A DNA stretch of 64,000 nucleotides from assembly GCF_006345805.1 (NCBI RefSeq), contig NC_043002.1:23188001-23252000 (forward strand). The letters are read 5' to 3'. The position numbers and the translations under genes are program-made. Within the stretch, counting starts at the first letter, position 1. Each line of letters begins with the position of its first letter. Shown piece after piece: positions 25,931 to 38,060 of the stretch. Under the pieces are notes generated by a model that was not told the origin of the DNA, made no database searches, and was given only the letters and a program-made list of their open reading frames with translations. The stretch is from Octopus sinensis. Lineage: Eukaryota.

Positions 25931-26439
25931 ACAAACGCCTGAGTTATATGTTATATTTAGAGAAGGGAGAAGGCAATGACCACGACGCTTTGCAAGGCTG
26001 CCCACTCTAATGGCAATAAGATATCCTCGAATCGCAAGCTAAAGGCTATGGTGAAGGCACTAGCATGCGCGCGCGCGCGTGTGTGTGCTTGTGTGAGTAT
26101 GTGTGTGTATGCGTGCGTGTGTGTGCGTGTGCGTGTCTGCGTGTGTGTACGTATTGCATGTATGCGTATGTGTGTTTATAGATAGATAAATAGATAGACA
26201 GGCAGACAGGCAGACGGACAGACGGACAGACGGTCGCACGGACGGACGGACGGACGGACGGACGGACGGACGGACGGTCGCACGGACGAAAGGACAGACA
26301 GACAGACAGATAGACATTCAGACAGACAGGCAGGCAGACAGACAGACAAACAAAAAGACAAACAGACAGACAGACAGATAGATAGACAGACAGACAGACA
26401 GACAGCCAGACAGACAGATAGATAGATAGATAGATAGAT

Positions 26440-26478
<39 letters not shown>

Positions 26479-26625
26479 GGGCAAGCAGTCAAAAGGACAG
26501 ACAGGCGGACACACATACAGGCAGACGGATGGACAACTAGACATAGACATATACAAATCTGAACAATTCTTCCATAAAAGTATTTGTAGGCATGAATGAA
26601 GTGTGTACTGTCGCCGGGGTACATA

Positions 26626-27918
26626 CGAGGGGCGTTCAATAAGTAATGCCCCTGACCCACTTCCCATAGCAGTAGAGCAACGAAACTTGGCACAGTTATT
26701 AGTCTTTTTTTACATAGGAACCACTCAGAGTTACGCATTTCCCCCATCGTTTGATGCAGCTCTGGAGACCGTTTTTGTAGAAGACCCCAGCTTGGTCCTC
26801 CAACCACGATGTGACTTCAGAAATCAAGGCTGCATCATCTGGGAAACGCTTTCCTTTCAAAAACAACTTCATGGCTGGGAAGAGGTGAAAATCAGAGGGT
26901 GAAAGGTCAGGAGAGTAGGGGGATGGGGGAGGAGTTCATAGCTGCACGCCTGTGCTTCTGATCTGGCGACACGCGAGTTGTGGATCGGAGCGTTGTCCTG
27001 CAGGAGGAGGATGCCTTTGCTGATCTTGCCCCGCCTCTTGATTTTGATAGCTTCTCTTAATTTCTTCAAAAGTGAAGCATAATAGGCTCCTGTAATTGTG
27101 GTACCCTTTGCCAGGAAATCTGTCATCACTACTCCGTCCTGGTCCCAGAAGACTGTGAGCATGACCTTGCCAGCGGAGGGCTGCACCCTTGCCTTCTTTG
27201 GAGGAGGTGAGTCACGGTGCTTCCACTGCATTGACTGGGTTTTGGTCTCTGGATCATAGTGATGGGCCCAGGTCTCATCCTGTGTAATCAGTCTTCTGAA
27301 AAATTTTGACTCATCTTCTTGGCACATCTCCAAATTCATCCTCGAGCACTCGACGCATTCTTGCTTCTGGAAAGGTGTGAGCAACCTGGGAATCCATCTG
27401 GCAGACACCTTTTGCATATGCAAATGGTCATGAATGATAGTTTCCACAGACCCGGTACTAATCTTGACCTCATGGGCTATTTGGCGAATAGTTATGCGTC
27501 GATCTTCCAAAATGGCAGCCTCAACTTGACGGACAGATGCCTCATCAATGGCAGAAGGGGGGGCGACCAGATCTGGGAGCTGTTTCCACAGAGTTCCGAC
27601 CATGTTTGAATTCACGATGCCAGCGTTTTACAAGGTCATATGATGGGGCATCATCACCATAAGTTACTTTCATTTCATCAAAAGTCTCCCGTGGTGTGCG
27701 TCCTTTCAAATACAAAAACCGGATCACTGCTCGACACTCAACAGGCTCCATTTCACACTTGACTCTGTTCAAACACCTGTAAATCAGAAACCACAATTAG
27801 TTCAGAGCTGTAATTTGCCACTTAATCTATAGAGATATAAATAATTGCACATGCAAAATTTCAGCTAGATCAAACAACTGCAAGTGGGTTAGGAGCATTA
27901 CTTATTGAACGTCCCTCG
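26626..27918 (-). mobile_element. Full-length mariner (DD34D) transposon, 1293 bp
   Basis: TA|CGAGGGGCGTTCAATAAGTAATG ... CATTACTTATTGAACGTCCCTCG|TA, i.e. TIRs with TA TSD. Confidence 0.95.
26699..27751 (-). CDS. Mariner transposase (~350 aa) with two 1-bp frameshifts in G homopolymers
   Basis: [13 protein letters not shown]...GRP (HTH), [28 protein letters not shown]. +1 in G7 at 27557-27563 and -1 in G5 at 26918-26922. No in-frame stops seen. Confidence 0.9.
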
Positions 27919-30615
27919 TACCTGTGAAAGACATTGAGTTGGATATGTTATCACGAGAGATGAACTACATGTCCTTGTTGCATAACTTAGAAATCGTGTT
28001 TTCCCTTAAAAATTACATGTATACCTGAAGATAAGTTCTGGACGAATGCCCAAGCGGAATTTCAGAAAGATTAATGCTATGCCAGTATGTTAAATGCAGT
28101 GTTTGGTTAGTCGTGACCATTCGCCGCCTGCTCTTTGTTTGTCATGTTTTATTATCTGATCGCTGCTGCTACTGGTTGTCGCTTACTACCCGGAAAATAT
28201 ACGTCTGTATACATAAGGATGTGTGTGTTTGTGTTTGTATTTCTGTGCATGTGTGTTTGTGTGTATGTGTGTATATATATGTGTGTGTGTGCACGCACCA
28301 TTGTATCTGCCTGTGTATGTATGTATATAATTATACACCTCTGTATGCGAACGTCTGGATACGATTTATATCTTATATGATCCTGTGCAGTTGTTTTGAA
28401 CGTCATAGGCACACACACACACACTCACCGACAATGTCTACGCACGCGCGCACACACATATTCGTAGACTCACACATACACATGCACACTCATGCACACT
28501 CATGCATACTCATGCACATACATACACATGCACACACGAGCACATAACACGAACGCACACACCACCACATATACATAGACACAGATACACATATTTACAA
28601 ACATGCGCACGCGTACACATGCACATACATACATACACTCATACTTACACACACACATACACACACATACACACACATGCACATGCATACAAATATTTAT
28701 GCGTGTGCGCGTACACACATGAACTACGAAGGACAGCTACGCGTGCTATGTCTCTGCTTTCTGAAATACCAACGGAACGAAACGCCATCGTAGCAACCGA
28801 TATATTTTGAAGATTCCCCGAGATTTTGATCTAAACTGATTTATGCAATAAAGAACGAACAAGAGAAATGGGGAGTGCTGTAAGACCATCAAAACTCCCT
28901 TCCTTGTTCTGTCACACGTAATCTTTATTCACGCTGTTTTAAATTAATCATACGTTATCTCATAGCTTCAAGGTGGTCTCTCGTATATTTTTAGAATTAC
29001 ATTCTATGTAATTACATTATATATAATTCCGGTGAGACATCGGATCTGGCTGATTTGAATATAATGCAAGTAGAATATTTAGGCCAGATACGGCCAGGTT
29101 GCATGCTAAAAGATTAAATGGTCAGGGAAAAAATTTATAGAGCAGCAAGTTTAGTATTTAAAACCCGACATATTTATAATTTCTTTGCAAAATATTTACG
29201 AAACTTAACCAAAAATTCCGCTCAGAATTTTAATATAAAATGATATGAATGTATTTCTTTCGGACATCCTGGATCGACAAACTCCATCATTTAATCCCTG
29301 ATCAATCAGAAATGTAAGATATGAAGAAAATATGAGTGGTTGAGAAGCCAGAGAATCAGCTAAAGTAGGGGTCGCCAAAGGGAGTCCGAGGGATCGAATA
29401 GCCAAGGGGTCGAATGGGGGCGGGTGTGCGAAAGACCAGCTCACCCAGATGAACTGCTGTTGTTGTTGTTTTTGTTAAGCAACAAGTCGGGTAAGGGTGA
29501 TTAGGTGATGGTCTAGGGCTTAGGGGCAGGACACCCCAGACCTTGGGAAAAAATATAAAAAACTTTGGTCGTCTTGTTGTAGTCGAGGGCTCTTCGTTGA
29601 CGCCCGACACCACTGGGAGGTAGCCCTCGAAGTCGCTGGAAATGGAGATCTCCAGGTCCAAATTCTTGAACGGCAGATGAACTGCTTGAAATACCTAGTC
29701 GGCGCCATGAAACGTGGGAAAACATGATAAATTTTCACTGAAACGAGAAGTCTGCTGTTGCTAACATTCGAGGCCTGATGTCGTAATCTGTATTGTAATC
29801 GAAGATTGAGAGGCGTGATAAGCTGAGTGCGGACTGTCAAGTGTTTGCTTATGGAAATGACCAGGTCTGCTAGAGGAGATAAGACATTAAATACTTATCA
29901 TAAATGTTTTTGCCAACATCAGTAACTGGTACGCATTTAAGATATGGTACGGTAGGGTAAGGTCGATTTATATCTTATATATCTAAAGGTACCTGTGTGT
30001 ACATATATATATACGTTTTTACTTTTTTTTTTGCAATTTACTTAATCATTGGTATTTTATTGTTATTTTAATTTTAATATTTCTATTATATGTAATTTTC
30101 TAGATGGTGTAATTTAATTGTCATTTTGAATTGATAAAATGTGTTTTATTCTAATTATATATATATATATATATATATATTTAGATATATATATATATAT
30201 GTGTGTGTATGTATGTATATGTGTGTGTGTATCTGTATGTATGCATGTATGCGTGTATGTATGTATGTATGCATGTATGTATGTATGTATGTGTGTATGT
30301 ATGTATGTATGTATGTATGTATGTATGTATGTATGTATGTATGTATGTATGTATGTATGTATATACGCACATATTTAGTAAAATAAAGAAATAAGTCAGC
30401 CACACATAAATAATTTCAGTTCGCTTCGGACGACGATTGTAGAAAAATCCTGAATGGAGATACATAGCAGAATATTGCGGGTTGCATAATGCAGCTGCAC
30501 ATATTCTATGCAGCAGGAACACTTGTCGGTTATTTTAAATAATTATGCTATATAATTAGCAGTTGAATTAAAACAAAAATTGAAGTCTCCGTTTTTTTGT
30601 AATTGTTTTGGGTTT

Positions 30616-30683
<68 letters not shown>

Positions 30684-31041
30684 TGTGTCTATGGGGAGAG
30701 AGAGACAAAGAAAGGGGGAGGGAGATAAACAGACAGGTTGGCGGGAAAATAGATAGATAGATACATACATACATACATACATACATACATACATACATAC
30801 ATACATACATACATGGTTTTTTCAACACAATGATAATTTGTATGAATGTTTGTTAGTCGAGTGATTCGTAAAGCCTATTCGTGTAACTTTCTGACTATCA
30901 CTAACAAAGTATTTATTTATTCATATGAACATATGAATAAATATGTGCGTTTGTTTACGTGTGCGTATGTGCATGCGTGCGTGTTTACGTGTGCATATGC
31001 ATGTGAGTGCATGTGCATGTGAGTGCATGTACATGTGAGTG

Positions 31042-31078
<37 letters not shown>

Positions 31079-31677
31079 GTGTATTGTGTGTGTGTGTGTG
31101 TGATGTGTGTGTGTGGTAACCAAGTTAACAGACCCATCCTTAAAGAGTTCGTCCAACCTTTTTTGACAGCTGAACAAAAGTAGGAAGCGATAAGCCGGAA
31201 TACAGTATTCAGATATACGACTAATCAGTTCCATTCTATCTTCATCTCGGATATAAACATAAAATCCTCTTAAAACAGCTTGTTATTGCCTTATTCACCA
31301 ACAAAACAAGGAGGTTATACGAGCAAAACTTAATTCCATAAAACAAGAAATACATACATCCAGGAGAGAAGCACACTCTAAGATGTAGAGCATTTGATAT
31401 TATAATGGGGGTCGATTTATGGGTTACCCTGGGTTTCTCGCTCATAAGGGGTTTCCCCCTCTGTAGCCACTACACGCATTTTTTTCTCTCCTTGTTTTTT
31501 TTTTTCTGTGTTCTTTTCTGTAGAAGAGCGTAGGCTCGAAATGTAAAGGACTTTTTCTATTCCTGAGCGTTATACTAATACATCTGTTTGTTTTGTACAC
31601 CACCTGTCTTCGTCTTTTGTTTTTTTCGTGAACTCTCCCCCTATATATGTATATATATATATATGTATGTATGTATG

Positions 31678-31761
<84 letters not shown>

Positions 31762-32106
31762 GAGAATTCAAAGAAAAGATACAAAAGACGAAGATAGGTG
31801 GTATAGACAACAAACAGATGTATTAGTTTAATGCTCGGTAAGTGAAAAAGCCTTGAGGGATGGTCATATTTTTGCCAATCAAACGCATGCACTACATACT
31901 TGTCTTCACTTCAGTTCTATTATTGTTAATAATATTATTTGAGTGTCCTTTAAGCTCTTTCGTCTCATATTTCGTGACCTCTTCAACGAATCCTGTTCTC
32001 ACATGTCTCCTCTTGTTCTGTGTAGTCCATTTTCTCTCACTCTCCCTCTCTCTCTCTATCTATGTATCTATCTCTTTCTCTTTCTCCCGCTCTCCTCTTT
32101 TCGCTC

Positions 32107-32171
<65 letters not shown>

Positions 32172-32914
32172 GATATATATATTTAACATATATATATAGT
32201 GTTTATATATATGCTATATATAGGCGCAGGAGTGGCTGTGTGCTAAGTAGCTTGTTTACAAACCACATGGTTCCGGGTTCAGTCTCACTGAGTGGCACCT
32301 TGGGTAAGTGTCTTCTGCTATAGCCTCGGGCCGACCAAAGCCTTGTGAGTGGATTACGCACATACTATGTGTGTGTGTATTTATATACATACATCTGCTT
32401 GATCTGATCTGGACAAACCTAGGGCTATAAAAATCATGCAAGTCAAACTAAAATTCCATGCTAAAAAAAATAATACAATTCCCTTTGTTGTAGCGAAGAT
32501 CAAAAACCAATCGGAAATGGAAGTCATTGAACAGTTAATGGTTTGAAATGTTTTGCTGACGTCGATACGTCGATGACATTTAGAACGGTTCATTTAAGTA
32601 GTCATGTGATGTTTGTACAAGCGGTGCGGTGCAGTATTTGAGTTGTCAAAATACTCGTTGTATAAGGACAATGAGCGTATTGTCGTGTTTATGAGAGGTG
32701 TGGATGTAAAGTGTAGGTTCCAAAATTTATTGTCGACAAAGGCTTGTGTGTGTTACTGTACAGATAAATCGTGTGGTTGTCGAGTGTGGTTCTCTGAATA
32801 CTTATCATTAAAGATAATACTTATCCCCACTTAAACGTGGATGATCTGTTTGAGCAAACTATACTCAGGCAGTTACCATGAGAGAAACTCGTGTGGTTTG
32901 AGAAACTCATATAA

Positions 32915-33142
32915 GGTGGCAATCTGGCGGAAACGTTAGCACGCCGGGCAAAATGCTTAGCGGTATTTCGTCTGCCGTTATGTTCTGAGTTCAAATTCCG
33001 CCGAGGTCGACTTTGTCTTTCATCCTCTCAGGGTCGATAAATTAAGTACCAGTTACGCACTGGGGTCGATATAATCGACTTAATCCGTTGTCTGTCCTTG
33101 TTTGTCCTCTCTGTGTTTAGCCCCTTGTGGGTAGTAAAGAAA
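32915..33142 (+). mobile_element. SINE family B
   Basis: Matches 12182-12410. Confidence 0.85.
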
Positions 33143-33144
33143 CA

Positions 33145-34030
33145 GTTCCACAACCATAGGATGAATCTGATCAGATAAAATGCTTAAATAGTCTTGACTA
33201 TTATTTCTGCCATGAAGGGAAACCACTAGGCAGGCGGATTTCCAAGATATAGCCCCCACCCCAGATCATCACAGATATTCCTTCATGTTTAACAGTTGGA
33301 AGAAGGCCGTCTGGGTCAAATGCTTCTTTTGGCTGTCTCCACACTTACACTCGCCCGGTGGTCGGAAATAAGGTAAAGGATAACTCCTCCGATAAAATAA
33401 CATTCTTCCATTGCTTTAGGGACCAATCCTGTGGGTTTTTACTCCACTCTCAATGCTTCACAACGTTTGTTTTTGAAAGTAGTGGTTTTCTGATTGCAGC
33501 CCTCCCGTGAAATCCGGCTTTGTGTAGCTCCTGGCGAACAGTTTTTGTAGAAACTGGCTCCTTGAGGTAGTCATTAAGCTCTTCAATAATTTTGGGAGCT
33601 GTACTTTTGTGATCTTTTATAACAATTCACGTAAGAGTCCGACGGTCCCAATCTGAAAGTTTTGGTTTTCTTCCGAAGTTTTGTTTCGACGAGGAGGTTT
33701 TTCCCTCTTTCTCAAAGGCTGTCATTACTTTCGAGACAGTACTTCTTAATACACGAAACATTTCGGCTGTTTTCGTTACGCTAGCACTTGCCATACGAGC
33801 ACCAACAATTTGACCTCTTTGAAAGTCCGATAGATATGCCATTTTATTGAATTTTAATTACTTTTTTCTGATGATATCTAAAAAGAAACAGCAAGTTTGG
33901 CAAAACATATTAAGCAACACTAATAATAAATCAAAAACATAAAAATAAACAAGCTTTTGACGGTTTTATAGATATTTCAAAATTATGATGCTATGATGCT
34001 AGGTGTTTCCATTATTTTGTCCAAACCCTG
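33145..34030 (-). mobile_element. Tc1-like transposon remnant (5' TIR plus broken transposase)
   Basis: Minus-strand start CAGGGTTTGGACAAAATAATGGAAACACC. ORF MAYLSDFQRGQIVGARM...GRKPKLSDWDRR is typical of the Tc1 paired-like HTH. Confidence 0.85.
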
Positions 34031-34038
34031 TGTGTGTG

Positions 34039-34080
<42 letters not shown>

Positions 34081-34152
34081 GTATATATATATGTGAGATT
34101 GACTGTATACATGTATGTATATATAAGGGTTACAGATGTATATGATACATAT

Positions 34153-34832
34153 TGTTACGACCGTCGCTCAACTCGACTCAGGACCCTAAGTCGAGCGACG
34201 ACGACTACGCTCAGTCAAACGGAAATCCACCACAGAAAGCGGAAATGGACAGCGAACGCAAAGAGTTTGTTCTCAATTTTCTTTAAACATTTACAAGTTC
34301 TTTTTTTTTTCTTAAACAGATTACACATTCTTTTTACAGAGTCTCTTTTTTTTCAAACATCATAATTCAACATTAAAGTCCAAAGCACAAATCGAAATAT
34401 GAACAACAATACCGGCAACACTTCCTGAACATCACAACTCCCACTATAAGTAGTCCAGCTTCTTCGCTGTCATCTTCTTCTCTACCTCTCGCTTGTCAAT
34501 TCCCAATCTTCTCTGCCTGTCTTCCTCGCCTCTTGCCAACTGTCATCTCCTCGCTGGCCGTCTGCATCGACTCGCTGTCCCAACCGAACTCTTTTCCGGC
34601 CCTTCGCTATCTGATCTCCCTAACACCAGTTCGTCGCATTTTAATGGGTGGCATTCCCATTTTTTTTTCCAACTTTCCCTGACCGCGTAAGGGTCAGAGG
34701 TACTTCCTAAACTCATTAATCTTAACCTTGCCGTTGACAAGACAAAGAACCATTATTTTTTACCCCCGCCTGTTCGACTCCAACCAATGGAACTAGGGCA
34801 TAGCGTTTTCCCGTTTATTCCTCTCCGTAACA
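34153..34832. mobile_element. Solo LTR (680 bp), probably Ty3/Gypsy-type
   Basis: ATAT|TGTTACG ... CGTAACA|ATAT: TG..CA ends, 7-bp terminal inverted repeat, 4-bp TSD. Confidence 0.8.
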
Positions 34833-35469
34833 ATATTCTTTTGGGTTTTCACAGTTGTCGTTGATGCTACTACAATTGGCGAAATCATTATTACTGTTGT
34901 TCTTGTTCTTGTTTACCGCAGTTTTATTTGTTTGTTGTTGCTGCTGCTGCTGCTACTGCTGTTGCTGCTACTGCTGTTGTTGTTGTTGTGGCTGTTGTCA
35001 TTGTTACGGTCCTTGTCATTGATGATGGCGTTATTGTTGATGTTACTATAGTATTTTCCTCTGATTTTCGATGCTGACACTTATCCGTCATCATCATCAT
35101 GGCCACCACCGTAACAACTATCTCCAACACTACTACTTCCATCACAACCACCTCCACCAACACCACTACTACACTTACTACCACTACCACCATCAACATC
35201 ACCGCAACTACCACCACAACCAACACCACCACGACCAATACCAACACCACCACGATCAATACCAACACAGCCAACACCACCACAACCACCACTAGCACAA
35301 CCTCCAATCAACTACCATTCATAATACTCGTTCTTGTAAATGAATCTCAACACAGATTTTTATTTCATTATTTATTTAATTACTTAATCATTTATTTATT
35401 TATTTATTTATTTCCAATAACTTCTCTTATAGGAAATTAATACCTTGTTTCAGGACAGCTGTTGACGAG

Positions 35470-35528
<59 letters not shown>

Positions 35529-36032
35529 AACGCGTTTGTGAGTGAGTTTTGTGTCCACGTGCGAGGCGCACACTATCGATATTTTTCGTTTTATCTTCGA
35601 AACTTAGTGGCTTCTTTATCTCTTTCTATGTAACAAGACACCCAAAGTTTCTAGGATATATACTTCGAGATTATACGTAGATGACCATTGATCCACGAGG
35701 AGAGATAGACATCTTATCACTGTGTTAATATCATTTTACATATTACGACATACACACGCATGCGTAAAGTTTATATACATTTGTTATGTAAGTTGAATAT
35801 GGTAGATTTATATAATCAATTACTAACTTACAAAATATCAGAAATGCTTGTATGTGGTTGCTCGATGTACAATGAATAGTAGCCAAAACTCCCTCAGATC
35901 ACACTCATACGCTGTCTTGAAAAGCAAGAAACGGACAGATTCAATGAACAATGTAGTCACTAATATGAAAGAGACGTGAGAGTCATGGTAGGTCTACTTT
36001 CGACCAAAGATTTGCTACTGTTGCTTTATCAG

Positions 36033-36096
36033 GTTTGGCGTGAAGTTAAACAACATCAGAGTAACAAAAGAAAATTTATCCAAGGAAACATACGAT
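36033..36096 (+). CDS. Possible 64-nt internal exon (FGVKLNNIRVTKENLSKETYD in one frame)
   Basis: Acceptor TTGCTTTATCAG|, donor |GTAAGT, two open frames. No homology support. Confidence 0.25.
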
Positions 36097-36319
36097 GTAA
36101 GTCATAGCTCCGTAGCCATATGATGGCACAAACAGGGGAATCAGAACAGTTAAAACTGCTTCGACAAGTACTCGTAGAAACAAATGTATCAGAGCTAATA
36201 AGTGATTTAGCCTTAGCAGAATTTGAACCCGGAATGTAAAGGGCCAGAAGAAATATCTCAAAGGATTTTTCCAACACTTTAACAATTCTGCCAAATTGCT
36301 GCCTGAATAATAATCTTTT

Positions 36320-37150
36320 CTATTCTAGGCACACGGCCCTAGATTTGGGAGGAGGATGAAAGGCAAAGTCGACCTCGGCGAAATTTTAACTCAGAACGTA
36401 AAGACAGACGAAATACTACTAAGCCTTTCACCCGGTGTTCTAACGTTTCTTATTTCTTTATTGCCCACAAGGGGCTAAACATAGAGGGGACAAACAAGGA
36501 CAAAGTTTTGAGTTCAAATTCCGCCGAGGTCGACTTTGCCTTTCATCCTTTCGGGGTCGATTAAATAAGTACCAGTTACGTACTGTGGCGATATAATCGA
36601 CTTAATCCATTTGTCTGTCCTTGTTTGTCTTCTCTGTGTTTAGCCCCTTGTGGGTAGTAAAGAAATAGGTATTTCGTCTGCCGTTACGTTCTGAGTTCAA
36701 ATCCCGCCACGGTCGACTTTGCATTTCAGCCTTTCTGGGTCGATAAATTAAGTACCAGTTGAGTACTGGGATCGATGTAATCGACTTAATCCCTCCCCCA
36801 AATTTCAGGCCTTGTGCCTAGAGTAGAAATGTTTATTAGTAGGCAACGAGCTGGCAGAATCGTTAGCACGCCGGTTGAAATGCTTAGCGGCATTTCGTCT
36901 CGCTTTACGTTCTGGGTTCGAATTCTGTCAAGGTCTTTCATCATAAAATAAGCACCAGTTGAGCACTGGTGGCGAACTGAGTTTTGTCATCCAAAATTTC
37001 AGGCCATATGCTGTCAGAATTGCTAAAGCGTCAGAAAAAATGTTTTAAAGCATTTCTTCTGGCTCTACGTTGTGAGTTCAAATTCTATCAAGGTCAATAA
37101 AAGCACCAAGTAAATACTGGATGTGATTGTGTTGACTTAGTCCTCCCCTA
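36320..37150. mobile_element. Cluster of SINE-B copies and fragments in both orientations
   Basis: Repeated GAGTTCAAATTCCGCCGAGGTCGACTTTG motif and its reverse complement. Confidence 0.8.
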
Positions 37151-37290
37151 AAATATGCTTCCCTCGTGTCTAAATTAGAATCAATTAATAAATAAAACAT
37201 AGGATGCATGCATGCATGTATGTATGTATGTAAGTATGTATGTATGTATGTAAGTATGTATGTATGCATGTATGTACGTATGTATATTTA

Positions 37291-37462
37291 GGCGCAGGAG
37301 TAGCTGTGTGGTAAGTAGCTTCCTTAGCAACCTTACCAACCACATGGTTCCGGGTTCAGTCCCACTGCGTGACACATTGGGCAAGTATCTTCTGCTATAG
37401 CCTCGGGCCGACCAAAGCCTTGTGAGTAGATTTGGTAGACGAAAACTGAAAGAGGCCCGTCG

Positions 37463-37493
<31 letters not shown>

Positions 37494-37704
37494 ATTTTTG
37501 TGTGTCTGTGATTGTTCCCCCAACATCGCTTAACAACCGATGCTGGTGTGTTTACATCCCCGTAACTTAGCGGTTCGGCAAAAGAAACCGATAGAATAAG
37601 TACTAGGCTTACAAAGAATAAGTCCTGGGTAGATTTGCTCGACTAAAGGCGGTGCTCCAGCATGGTCGCAGTCAAATGACTGAAACAAGTAAAAGAGTAA
37701 AAGA
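37291..37704 (+). mobile_element. SINE family A, full length
   Basis: Matches 2758-3267. Confidence 0.88.
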
Positions 37705-37719
37705 ATAGATAGATAGATC

Positions 37720-37830
<111 letters not shown>

Positions 37831-38060
37831 CTGCATAACTGACTCCAAGCATTGAGTTCTTCCTTGAAAAAGTTGAGTAACGATTAGACAAATTTTTATC
37901 TGATAAACTAGATGGACCCACATCATTGTAAGAAACGCAAAGAAGGTCAGCCCTATCGAACTCACTATTCCATCATGAACAATTCCGGAGACAGAGCCGG
38001 TAAATGAGCCTAAGATATGCAAGCATTAATACTAATGGTAGTGCCCCAGTGTGGCCACAG
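37831..38060 (+). mobile_element. 3' end of a CR1/L2-clade LINE
   Basis: Translation RLDKFLSDKLDGPT...RSALSNSLFH resembles ORF2 C-termini of this clade (from recall). Confidence 0.5.

Noticed and set aside
30069-30089. 21-nt match to the array 1 unit end (TAATTTTAATATTTCTATTAT)
   Set aside because: Low-complexity AT sequence with no further similarity.
33866-33895. CTGATGATATCTAAAAAGAAAC
   Set aside because: It lies in the Tc1 leader and has no stem II pairing.
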